A stretch of DNA of 24,000 nt. Source: Microcoleus sp. K4-B3. Lineage in GTDB: Bacteria > Cyanobacteriota > Cyanobacteriia > Cyanobacteriales > Microcoleaceae. The stretch lies in assembly GCA_036704615.1 (NCBI GenBank), contig JAUBSF010000008.1, one strand, 5' to 3'. The translations under genes and the position numbers were made by a program. The notes under the pieces were generated by a model. The model saw only the letters and a list, made by a program, of their open reading frames with translations. It was not told the DNA's origin and did not search any database. This document shows, piece by piece, positions 7,493-15,276 of this stretch (position 1 is the stretch's first letter; each line of letters starts with the position of its first letter).

Positions 7493-9490
7493 ATGCAATT
7501 CCTCGAACTCGTCCTCAAAAACTTCGGCCCCTATGCAGGCACCCAAACCATCAATCTCCGCCCCGAAAAAGACGGAAATCCCTGCCCAGTCATTTTATTT
7601 GGCGGCATGAATGGCGGCGGCAAAACCACCCTCATGGACGCCATTCGCCTCGCCCTCTACGGCGGCCGCGCCCAATGTTCTACCAGAGGCAATTTAAGCT
7701 ATAGCGACTTTCTCAATCAATGCCTCAACCGCCACACTCCCCCATTAGAAGATACCCGCGTCGAACTAACATTTGAACAAGTCCAAGACGACAAATTAAC
7801 TCAATTCAAAATAGTTAGATACTGGAAAAAATTAGACATCAAAGACACCTTAAGCATTCTCATATACAGCGAGATTGTCAGCGATTGGTGGTCGGACAAA
7901 GCAATTACTAACACCTGGGACGAATACATCGAAACCCTTTTGCCCGTCGGAATATCTAACCTATTTTTGTTTGACGGCGAACAAGTAAAAGAACTTGCAG
8001 AACTCGAAACACCGCCAGAGTTTGTCGTCGGGGCGATTAAATCTCTTTTAGGTTTAGAATTAGCAGAACGCCTCGCCGTCGATTTAGAAATATTAGCCGG
8101 CCGCAAGCGGAAAGAAATTGCTGGCAAAAAAGACTTGGCTGCTTTAGAGAAAATTGAACAAACTTTTAAGAAAATTACTGATGAAATAGAGTTAGCTAAG
8201 CAAGAACAAGCCAGCTTTAAAAACGAAGTAGATAAAGCTCAAAAAAATCAGCAACAAGCATCAGAAAAGTTTATTTATGAAGGGGGAAAAATTGCCGCCG
8301 ATCGCAGTCAGCTAGACAGCAAGCTAAACGACTACAGAAATCAGGCAGACAAAACCCGTCAAGCCATGATGGAATTGGCGTCAAATACGCTACCACTCGC
8401 CCTAATTTCGCCCTTGCTAAGTGAAGCCAAAATTCAAGCAGAAACCGAAGCCAGCCAGCAGCAAGCAAAGATTGCCCAAAATGTTATCAAACAAAGAAGC
8501 GATCGCCTTCTCAACTATATCGCGGAAATCTCGTTAAATCCCCAACAGCTAGATAAAATTCAAGACTTCATCCGCCAAGAAAACCAAGAACTCGAACAGC
8601 AAGCCGGAACAGACGCCCCGCCCTGGATGAACGCCGACAACAACAGCATCCAGCAACTAGAAAACCTTCTTAGCTACCAAATCAAAGCCCAGCAAATTCT
8701 AGCCCGCGACCAAATAGAAGAAATCAAAAGCATCGAAGCAGAAATCGACTTTACAGACAGACAACTCGCAGCCGCAGCTTCCCCCGAAGCCTACGAAAAA
8801 CTAGAAGAAGAAGTCAGGAAAGCCCAAAAAGCAGTCGCTATCGCAGCCGCCGCCTTGGAATCAGCCAACCGCCGCGTCGATGAATTAGAGAGAGAATTAG
8901 CCAAAAACCAAAAAGAACTAGAAAACTACAGCAGCGAATACATCACTATCAGAAACAGCCAACACGTCATCGCTTCTATCGCCAAAGCCCAAGCCACCCT
9001 GAAACTCTTTAAAGAAAAACTCACCCTCAAAAAACTCAACAAACTCGAAATAGAAATTACCGACTGTTTTCGCTACCTGTTGCACAAAACCGACCTCGTA
9101 CACAGAGTTGCGATCGACACTCAAACATTTAGCCTCTCCATTTACGATCCAGAAGGCAAACCGGTACCCAAACACCGACTTTCAGCCGGGGAAAAACAAT
9201 TGCTGGCGATCGCCTTTTTGTGGGGATTGGCTAGAGTATCCGGGAGACAATTGCCAGTTGCGATCGACACTCCCTTGGGCCGCCTCGACTCCTCCCACAG
9301 AAACAACCTAGTCGAACGCTATTTCCCCTCGGCCAGCCACCAAGTCATCCTGCTTTCTACCGACACGGAAATTAGAAAAGTAGAATACGAAAAACTCCAA
9401 GAATTAGAGGCGATCGCCCACAGCTACCTCCTCAAATACGACTCTGCCAAACACCAAACTACCGTCGAAAAAGGTTACTTCTGGGAATAA
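7493..9490 (+). CDS. dndD: DNA sulfur modification protein DndD (SMC/ABC-like ATPase)
   Basis: 665-aa ORF. It has MQFLELVLKNFGPYAG, Walker A FGGMNGGGKTT, a long coiled-coil middle, signature LSAGEKQLLAIAF and Walker B PVAIDTPLGRLD. Confidence 0.9.
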   Translation: MQFLELVLKNFGPYAGTQTINLRPEKDGNPCPVILFGGMNGGGKTTLMDAIRLALYGGRAQCSTRGNLSYSDFLNQCLNRHTPPLEDTRVELTFEQVQDDKLTQFKIVRYWKKLDIKDTLSILIYSEIVSDWWSDKAITNTWDEYIETLLPVGISNLFLFDGEQVKELAELETPPEFVVGAIKSLLGLELAERLAVDLEILAGRKRKEIAGKKDLAALEKIEQTFKKITDEIELAKQEQASFKNEVDKAQKNQQQASEKFIYEGGKIAADRSQLDSKLNDYRNQADKTRQAMMELASNTLPLALISPLLSEAKIQAETEASQQQAKIAQNVIKQRSDRLLNYIAEISLNPQQLDKIQDFIRQENQELEQQAGTDAPPWMNADNNSIQQLENLLSYQIKAQQILARDQIEEIKSIEAEIDFTDRQLAAAASPEAYEKLEEEVRKAQKAVAIAAAALESANRRVDELERELAKNQKELENYSSEYITIRNSQHVIASIAKAQATLKLFKEKLTLKKLNKLEIEITDCFRYLLHKTDLVHRVAIDTQTFSLSIYDPEGKPVPKHRLSAGEKQLLAIAFLWGLARVSGRQLPVAIDTPLGRLDSSHRNNLVERYFPSASHQVILLSTDTEIRKVEYEKLQELEAIAHSYLLKYDSAKHQTTVEKGYFWE

Positions 9491-9521
9491 AAATTCGCTC
9501 CAAAAAATAGCCGCAACCCCC

Positions 9522-9550
9522 TTGACTTTGCTGGGGAGTTGCGGTAGTAT
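9522..9550 (+). promoter_or_regulatory. Candidate sigma70-type promoter TTGACT-N17-TAGTAT upstream of dndE
   Basis: The hexamers at 9522-9527 and 9545-9550 have exact 17-nt spacing. They overlap an imperfect hairpin (CCGCAACCCCC ... GGGGAGTTGCGG, 9511-9544), so the stretch may instead be a post-dndD structure. Confidence 0.25.
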
Positions 9551-9558
9551 ATATAGGA

Positions 9559-9603
9559 TAATGGGATGGTTGCGAAAATTTTATTTTTGCCACCATCCCA
9601 TTA
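9559..9603. promoter_or_regulatory. 12-bp perfect inverted repeat TAATGGGATGGT / ACCATCCCATTA with 21-nt AT-rich loop in the dndD-dndE spacer
   Basis: Read directly (arms 9559-9570 and 9592-9603). The function is unknown; it could be an operator, an attenuator or an RNA hairpin. Confidence 0.7.
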
Positions 9604-9756
9604 TTAAGGATAAATCCTACTACAATCACAATACCAAAAAACAACCTTTTTATCAAGTCGCGCCGTGTAAAAATTTGTTAATTTTTTCTAGTTATCTAGA
9701 GGCTTTGCTTCCCGAATATTAACACTTTTTACAATATACCAAACACTCTCAAACTC

Positions 9757-10158
9757 ATGGAACCACCAGTCGATCGCATCCGCCTCTCCCAAACAGGCAA
9801 AGACCAACTATCAAAACTGAAACGATCGACCAAAATCGATCAATGGAATATTTTATGCAGGTGGGGATTTTGCCGATCGCTCGCGGAGCCCAGCATCCCA
9901 TCCCCAGTACCAATTCCCAGCGACAGCAACGTCGAATTAAGCTGGGATGTCTTCGGCGGCGACATGGCCGATATCTTGATAATTGCCCTCAAGCAGCGGT
10001 GTCACCAAGACAATTTAGGCACAGAAAAAGAAACTCTAGCGAAACAGTTTCGCCTGCACTTGCACCGAGGGATTGGTTATTTGGCCGGCGATCCGAATAT
10101 TAAGAAAATCGAAGACTTGGTGGCGATCGCCCTATCGCCAGAGAAATTAAGAAATTAA
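9757..10158 (+). CDS. dndE: DNA sulfur modification protein DndE
   Basis: 133-aa ORF. IRLSQTGKDQLSKLKRSTKIDQWNILCRWGFCRSL ... VELSWDVFGG fits the DndE pattern as I remember it. Its position after dndD fits too. Confidence 0.8.
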   Translation: MEPPVDRIRLSQTGKDQLSKLKRSTKIDQWNILCRWGFCRSLAEPSIPSPVPIPSDSNVELSWDVFGGDMADILIIALKQRCHQDNLGTEKETLAKQFRLHLHRGIGYLAGDPNIKKIEDLVAIALSPEKLRN

Positions 10159-10165
10159 CTGATTG

Positions 10166-10200
10166 TTGACAGTTGACAGTTGACAGTTGACAGTTGACAG
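10166..10200. repeat. Heptamer tandem array TTGACAG x5
   Basis: Read directly. It starts 8 nt after the dndE stop. Confidence 0.95.
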
Positions 10201-10280
10201 TTGTTATTGGTTATTAGCAGGCCCAAGCGAGCAACAAATAAATAACAAATAACCAATAACCAATAACCAATAACCAATGA
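10201..10280. terminator. Palindromic heptamer arms (TTATTGG ... CCAATAA x4) between convergent dndE and thiD; possible bidirectional terminator
   Basis: GTTATTGGTTATT (10203-10215) can pair with AATAACCAATAAC (10248-10260). The right arm continues as CCAATAA repeats to 10278, close to the thiD stop (10285). Confidence 0.4.
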
Positions 10281-10284
10281 CTTC

Positions 10285-11094
10285 TTACTTCAGTAAAAGC
10301 GGGAAAAAATGACCTACTGGCCCTTGACCTTCCCCAATATCCAAAGCATATTTGAGAGCAGTAGTAACATAATCCTTAGCCAATGTCACCGCCGTAAACA
10401 AATCTTTCCCCAAAGCCAAATTAGCAGCGATCGCAGCACTCAAAGTACAACCAGTCCCGTGAGTATTCCCAGTATCAACATTTTCAGTCTTCAACACATC
10501 CAACCGCGTACCGTCAAACCAAACATCAATTCCCCGCAAATCTCCCTTCATCCCGCCGCCTTTCACCAAAACAGCCTTTGCGCCCAAACGGTAAATCTGC
10601 TGCGCCGCCGATCGCATATCATCTACAGAATCAATCTCTAAACCGCTCAAAATAGTCGCTTCAAAGCGATTTGGAGTCACAACAGCAGCCATTGTAATCA
10701 AAACATCCTGCAAAAAGGCGATCGCCCCCTCATCAATCAATCGATCGCCCGATCGTGAAACCATCACCGGATCGACAACCAAATTCCCCATCTTTAAACT
10801 CTCCATCTGCGAAGCCACCGCCACCATAATTTCCCGGTTCAACAGCATCCCAGTCTTCACAGCATCCACCCCAATATCCCCAACCACCGCCTCAATTTGA
10901 GCCGCCACAGCCTCCGCAGACAAAGCATCAACTCGCATCACCCCCAAAGTATTTTGAGCCGTCACGCAAGTCAAAGCACTCGTACCGTGCACGCAGTGAA
11001 ACGCAAAAGTCCGCAAATCCGCCTGAATCCCGGCCCCGCCGCCACTGTCAGATCCAGCCACAGTCAAAGCCACAGGAATCTTCGATTTAATCAT
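10285..11094 (-). CDS. thiD: Hydroxymethylpyrimidine/phosphomethylpyrimidine kinase ThiD
   Basis: 269-aa ORF. ALTVAGSDSGGGAGIQADLRTF, VKTGML and GTGCTLSAAIAANLA are classic ThiD motifs. Confidence 0.9.
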   Translation of the reverse strand: MIKSKIPVALTVAGSDSGGGAGIQADLRTFAFHCVHGTSALTCVTAQNTLGVMRVDALSAEAVAAQIEAVVGDIGVDAVKTGMLLNREIMVAVASQMESLKMGNLVVDPVMVSRSGDRLIDEGAIAFLQDVLITMAAVVTPNRFEATILSGLEIDSVDDMRSAAQQIYRLGAKAVLVKGGGMKGDLRGIDVWFDGTRLDVLKTENVDTGNTHGTGCTLSAAIAANLALGKDLFTAVTLAKDYVTTALKYALDIGEGQGPVGHFFPLLLK

Positions 11095-11102
11095 CTTTTT
11101 TC

Positions 11103-11172
11103 AACCGCAGATAAACACAGACACATCCCAATAATATCTGGGTTCATCGTGGCACGGGCGTCCCGCCTGTGC
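11103..11172. repeat. Third locus of the AACCGCAGAT... / GGCACGGGCGTCCCGCCTGTGC dispersed element
   Basis: AACCGCAGATAAACACAGACACA at 11103 and the hairpin at 11151-11172 (reverse complement of 2989-3010) lie in the thiD / MBL divergent spacer. Confidence 0.55.
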
Positions 11173-11234
11173 TTCCGAAGGGGTTAAAATTCCCAAACAA
11201 AATTAGCTATGATTAAACCAAATGTAAAGAATTA

Positions 11235-12026
11235 TTGCAAACAACTGTGAAACTCACCCGAATCGACCTCAACTCTTGGATCTTTCACATCGCCGGTCAA
11301 ACCATCCTCGTCGATCCCTGGCTGGTCGATCCCCTTGTATTTTACGGTCAACCCTGGCTGTTCACCGCCTACCACAACACCCCCGTCGCCTTCACTCCTA
11401 GTACCTTACCGCCGATCGACCTCATCCTGATTTCCCAAGGATTAGACGACCACTGCCACAGACCAACACTCGAACAGCTCGATCGCACAATTCCCGCGAT
11501 CGCCTCACCCACCGCAGCCAAAGTCCTCAGCAGTTTAGGCTACACTAATATCACATCTTTAGCCAATTGGCAAGAATTTAATTATCAAGAAAAGTTACAA
11601 ATTACCGCCGTACCCGGAGCCGAAATCCAGCCGGGACAGGAAGAAAACGGCTACTTGCTCAAAGACTTAACCAGCGGCGAGACACTTTATTACGAACCGC
11701 ACTTACCGCCATTAGAAAAAGTCAAACAGAAAATAGACACAGTAGACGTAGCCATCGCCCCAGTCATCGGTCAAATCTTCCCATTCCTCGGACAAGTCAT
11801 CATCGGCCCTTCGCAAGCCCTCAGCCTCGCCCAAACACTCAAACCTAGGTTTTTTCTGCCTACAGCGGCGGGAGACATCCGAGCCACAGGCATTTTACCA
11901 ATGTTAGTGCGATCGGTCGGCAGCATCCCCGAATTTCGCGATTTACTAGCAAAATCGGGACTCTCCACCCAACTCCTCGAACCCGATCCCGGTCAAACCC
12001 TAGAAATTTTAGATTTTAGATTTTAG
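11235..12026 (+). CDS. MBL-fold (metallo-beta-lactamase-like) protein with degenerate metal motif
   Basis: The ORF starts at TTG 11235; an in-frame GTG at 11247 (VKLTRIDLNSW) is an alternative start. The LILISQGLDDHCH segment sits where HxHxDH normally lies. The last codons (ILDFRF) are encoded by the heptamer array. Confidence 0.6.
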   Translation: MQTTVKLTRIDLNSWIFHIAGQTILVDPWLVDPLVFYGQPWLFTAYHNTPVAFTPSTLPPIDLILISQGLDDHCHRPTLEQLDRTIPAIASPTAAKVLSSLGYTNITSLANWQEFNYQEKLQITAVPGAEIQPGQEENGYLLKDLTSGETLYYEPHLPPLEKVKQKIDTVDVAIAPVIGQIFPFLGQVIIGPSQALSLAQTLKPRFFLPTAAGDIRATGILPMLVRSVGSIPEFRDLLAKSGLSTQLLEPDPGQTLEILDFRF

Positions 12027-12163
12027 ATTTTCGATTGGAGATGTTCGATTTGAGATTTTCGCTTTTCTAGATTGGAGATTTTCGATTTTTTAGATTGGAG
12101 ATTGGAGATTGGAGATTCAATCCAAAATCCAAAATCCAAAATCTAAAATCTAAAATCTAAAAT
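12006..12163. repeat. Palindromic heptamer array (ATTTTAG/TTGGAGA ... TCCAAAA/TCTAAAA); possible bidirectional terminator
   Basis: The outer arms ATTTTAGATTTTAGATTTTAGATTTT (12006-12031) and AAAATCTAAAATCTAAAATCTAAAAT (12138-12163) are 26-bp perfect reverse complements. Related degenerate heptamers lie between them. The array spans the whole gap between the MBL-gene stop (12024-12026) and the ftsZ stop (12163-12165). Confidence 0.9.
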
Positions 12164-13437
12164 CATCTTGGCGGGCGACGGTTGCGTAAAAACTCAGGAA
12201 TATCCAATCCCAAATCCTGCGGCGGTTTCGTTTTCGGATCGGGCGTCTGTTGAGCAGGAGTCGTCGGCACAGTTGCAGCCCGCCAAGGAGCATTAACATT
12301 TTGCGTCCGCCCCGGAGTCGGAGGCGACGGAACTTCCCCCGAAAAACCAGTAGCGATCACAGTAATCTTAATTTCGCCCTGAAGCCGCTCGTCAATCACC
12401 GCTCCAAAAATAATATTGGCATTCGGATCGACAACCTCGTAAATCGTCTCCGCCGCTGCATTCACCTCGTGCAGCGTCATGTCAGTACCGCCAGTGATGT
12501 TAAACACCACACCTCTAGCGCCCTCAATAGACGAAGCTTCCAGCAGAGGCGAAGAAATAGCCTGCATCGCAGCCTCCCTAGCCCGCGACTTGCCAGAACC
12601 CACGCCGATGCCCATCAAAGCCGAACCCGCATCCGCCATTACTGCCCGCACGTCAGCAAAGTCAACATTCACCAAACCGGGAATAGTAATAATGTCAGAA
12701 ATACCCTGAACCCCTTGGCGCAGGATATCGTCAGCAACTCGGAAAGCTTCTTGTACCGGCATTTGTTCCGAAATCACAGACAGCAGCTTGTCGTTAGGAA
12801 TCACGATCAGCGTATCCACCCGGGTTTGCAAAGCCGCAATCCCTTCCTCAGCTTGGCTGGTGCGCCGCCGTCCCTCAAACGTAAAAGGCCGCGTCACTAT
12901 GCCCACAGTCAAGGCGCCCATTTCCTTAGCGACCTCAGCCACGATCGGAGCCGCGCCTGTGCCCGTACCGCCGCCCATGCCGGCCGTGATAAATACCAAA
13001 TCCGCGTGATTCAGAGCATTAGCAACTTCGTCCCGAGATTCCTCAGCAGCCTTTTGGCCGATCGCCGGATTGCCCCCCGCGCCTAAACCGCGCGTCAACT
13101 TCTGTCCGACTTGCAAGCGTTTCGGAGCATTTGAGAGAACCAGAGCTTGGGAATCTGTATTCACGCACCAAAACTCGACACCAGAAACCTCGCTAGCAAT
13201 CATCCGGTTAACGGCGTTGCCCCCACCACCGCCGACGCCAATTACTTTGATTTTGGCAGCACTGCTGGGCATTATGTCTTTGGGATTGACCATAGGATCG
13301 ATATCAATACTATCTACATTTACATAACCAGACTTGCGTCTAAAGGGATTGGCGGAATCTGCCGCCACCGGAAAATTTTTTACTTCTTCCGAAGGGGGAC
13401 TGTCTTGGTCAGACCCCTGTCTATTATTAAGCTTCAT
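12163..13437 (-). CDS. ftsZ: Cell division GTPase FtsZ
   Basis: [29 protein letters not shown] and [16 protein letters not shown] motifs are present, with a C-terminal [13 protein letters not shown] tail. The track ORF starts at 13548, but the first 37 codons read through the IS right end. The ATG at 13437 ([11 protein letters not shown]...) gives a ~424-aa product like other cyanobacterial FtsZ proteins. Confidence 0.95.
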   Translation of the reverse strand: MKLNNRQGSDQDSPPSEEVKNFPVAADSANPFRRKSGYVNVDSIDIDPMVNPKDIMPSSAAKIKVIGVGGGGGNAVNRMIASEVSGVEFWCVNTDSQALVLSNAPKRLQVGQKLTRGLGAGGNPAIGQKAAEESRDEVANALNHADLVFITAGMGGGTGTGAAPIVAEVAKEMGALTVGIVTRPFTFEGRRRTSQAEEGIAALQTRVDTLIVIPNDKLLSVISEQMPVQEAFRVADDILRQGVQGISDIITIPGLVNVDFADVRAVMADAGSALMGIGVGSGKSRAREAAMQAISSPLLEASSIEGARGVVFNITGGTDMTLHEVNAAAETIYEVVDPNANIIFGAVIDERLQGEIKITVIATGFSGEVPSPPTPGRTQNVNAPWRAATVPTTPAQQTPDPKTKPPQDLGLDIPEFLRNRRPPR

Positions 13438-13459
13438 TACAGTTGGGGATAGTAGATTA

Positions 13460-13700
13460 CAGCTTGGTGACATCCTCCATACACCGATTTGGAGTACCAA
13501 ATGAGCGTGTAGGCTTCCCAAATTCACAGATGGGCATTCCTGCTTCATTGGTCGTATCTAGACCGAAGTCCCCGATAACGATACCTCCACAGGCAACTTG
13601 ACTGCGAGTCCCGCAGCGGCAAGACCCCTTTGTTCTACTACCATTGCAGCAGCAACATCGCGGTCTGTTGTGTATCCACACTCATGACAAGCATGAATGC
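13460..13700 (-). ncRNA. Putative TnpB omega/reRNA (overlaps the tnpB 3' end and the right end); extent guessed
   Basis: This call is by analogy only. In characterised TnpB elements the guide RNA scaffold derives from the tnpB 3' end plus the RE. No covariance or expression evidence is available here. Confidence 0.3.
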
Positions 13701-14754
13701 GATCGGACAGCTTTTTCTTTCCTGTATGAGTGGAACACTGAGGACAAGTTTGGCTAGTGCCATTCGGGTCAACTTTAGCAAAGTACACGCCACGTTTCCA
13801 GCAAACCCAAGATAGGATATCGAGGAATCCGCCCCAACTAGCATCAAGACAGTGTTTTGCTAGCATCCCGCGACTCATCATTTTGAGATTCAACTCCTCA
13901 GCAAAAATCATTCCAACTCCCAAATCGCATAAAGCATGAGCTGTTTTGAAATGAAACTCTTTACGGATATCATGAATGCGCTCGTGCAGAAGGCAGACTT
14001 TGTGTTGGATCTTGCGGTAGTTAGCAGACCCCTTAGTTTTGTTTCTCAGCTTGCGTTGCAGCCATTTAAGCTTGCTTTCCAAGTCTACAAAGAAACGTGG
14101 TCTTGAGAGTAACTTACCGTTAGATACAGCCAAGAATTTCTCCAATCCCAGATCGATGCCAATAGACAAACCATGAGGCATGAGCTCGGGAACAGAGACA
14201 TCACACTGCAAAATCAATTGAGTGTACCATCCTGATGCTTTGTTGATTACCCTCACTTGTTTAATGACAAACCCATCTGGGATGGGGCGGTGCAAATTAA
14301 TTGGCACTGCTCCAATCTTAGGCAGCTTTATTTGTACTCCTATCAATGGATAGTCTTTGAACTGAGGGAAAGTAAACGACCGATACGAACCTAACTTTTT
14401 GAATCTAGGAAACCCAAAACCACGTTCTTTCATAAACTTGAAAGCCCGATCGAGTCGCTTCAAGGCATCTTGTAAAACTTGCGATTGAACCTCTTTGAGT
14501 TCGGGATTTACTTTTTTCGCTCTTGTCAGGGCGTTCTGTTGTTTGTAATAGTCAGGATACGCTGCGTCAGATGGAATGATGTACTCAGAATGAATACTGC
14601 AAGCGTCGAACGCACACTTACGCGATGCTATCGAGTCTTTTCGCTCTCGCAAAGCGTAATTATAAACTTTGCGACAAATCTCCATCCAAGCAAGCATTCT
14701 GGCTTCTTGACTGGCATCTGGATAAATTCGATATGTGTACGTCAAACTGAGCAT
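13558..14754 (-). CDS. tnpB: TnpB (IS605 OrfB-type RNA-guided endonuclease)
   Basis: MLSLTYTYRIYP... is the typical N-terminus. The RuvC triad candidates are IGIDLGLEKF (D), FAEELNLKMM (E) and TTDRDVAAAMV (D). The zinc finger is CPQC ... CHEC. I prefer the ATG at 14754, which is preceded by GGAGG (14762-14766), over the track start at 14769. Confidence 0.9.
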   Translation of the reverse strand: MLSLTYTYRIYPDASQEARMLAWMEICRKVYNYALRERKDSIASRKCAFDACSIHSEYIIPSDAAYPDYYKQQNALTRAKKVNPELKEVQSQVLQDALKRLDRAFKFMKERGFGFPRFKKLGSYRSFTFPQFKDYPLIGVQIKLPKIGAVPINLHRPIPDGFVIKQVRVINKASGWYTQLILQCDVSVPELMPHGLSIGIDLGLEKFLAVSNGKLLSRPRFFVDLESKLKWLQRKLRNKTKGSANYRKIQHKVCLLHERIHDIRKEFHFKTAHALCDLGVGMIFAEELNLKMMSRGMLAKHCLDASWGGFLDILSWVCWKRGVYFAKVDPNGTSQTCPQCSTHTGKKKLSDRIHACHECGYTTDRDVAAAMVVEQRGLAAAGLAVKLPVEVSLSGTSV

Positions 14755-15276
14755 TGTGCAACCTCCCATCGAATTCTAACAGAATTTACAATTTTCTTAG
14801 AATACTGGAGAAATTGTGATATACTTAACAGCCTTATTCCCTCACTTGCTTGTAGTAAATATCGATCGCAGGGCGTTTCGTTTATAACTACCTTATATCC
14901 CGCCACCGATAGGGAGTACCAAATTAGTGTGAGGGACGAGGGCGCGAAATTGTTAACTAAACGCCAATTCACGATCAACTATAGGCTATGTTGCGCGAAA
15001 AACTCACACAGATCGATGCTCAATGTTAGCAATCTCGGATTTTGCCGGCTTTGCAAAGCTGAGACCTCGATTGACCCCAATCCGGGCGCTTGTACGCTGC
15101 GTCAGAAGGAAAAAAAGTTGATACTAGCCTCCCCCATCCGGATGGAAAGAAAAATCAGATTTTTTTTCCCGACTCGATATCAAAAAAGTGTCCTTATTTC
15201 CAGCCGTGCGTATTGATCCTGATGGCTAAAAATTCTGCCGTCCGATCGATACCTTCTACCTTCTGTTGACAGACGA

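Larger units (their letters stand above)
13460..14950 (-). mobile_element. IS200/IS605-family element carrying tnpB only (no tnpA); boundaries approximate
   Basis: An intact tnpB is flanked by same-orientation subterminal homologous segments: 13476-13514 versus 14898-14936. About 29/39 positions are identical, including a perfect 12-mer GGAGTACCAAAT. This is expected for the LE/RE of this family. The exact ends were not determined. Confidence 0.65.

Noticed and set aside
7290-7704. ORFs 7297-7704 (+), 7290-7481 (-) and 7316-7546 (-) encoding PPTTQPLNPLL / GWVVGGG repeats
   Set aside because: They are generated by translating the 41-42-nt tandem repeat. The + ORF also runs out of frame into dndD. 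There are no start context or domain features.
9459-9722. 65-66-aa ORFs on both strands in the dndD-dndE spacer
   Set aside because: They span the hairpins and palindromes and have no RBS or recognisable features. They are more likely structured non-coding DNA or RNA.
10166-10200. Five stacked TTGACA hexamers as -35 promoter elements
   Set aside because: The array lies between the 3' ends of two convergent genes, with no downstream gene to drive. I interpret it as an STRR-type repeat.
11095-11234. TPP (THI-box) riboswitch upstream of thiD
   Set aside because: I read the minus strand for the conserved CUGAGA and ACCUGAUCUGGAUAAUGCCAGCG-like core and found neither. The spacer is mostly occupied by the dispersed AACCGCAGAT/hairpin element.
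12250-13086. 278-aa plus-strand ORF, and other plus-strand ORFs between 12479 and 13452
   Set aside because: They are antisense to ftsZ, whose identity is unambiguous. The products are Arg/Ser-rich low-complexity sequences typical of reverse-frame artefacts.
13457-13847. Small minus-strand ORFs (13457-13681 and 13638-13847) overlapping the tnpB 3' end
   Set aside because: They are alternative frames of tnpB and the IS right end. This region is more plausibly the omega RNA scaffold than a second protein.
14479-15216. 245-aa plus-strand ORF that might have been a tnpA
   Set aside because: It overlaps the tnpB 5' end in antisense and runs across the IS left end into the spacer. It has no HUH/Y1 transposase motifs and its composition is hydrophobic and odd. 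I judge the element to be tnpB-only.
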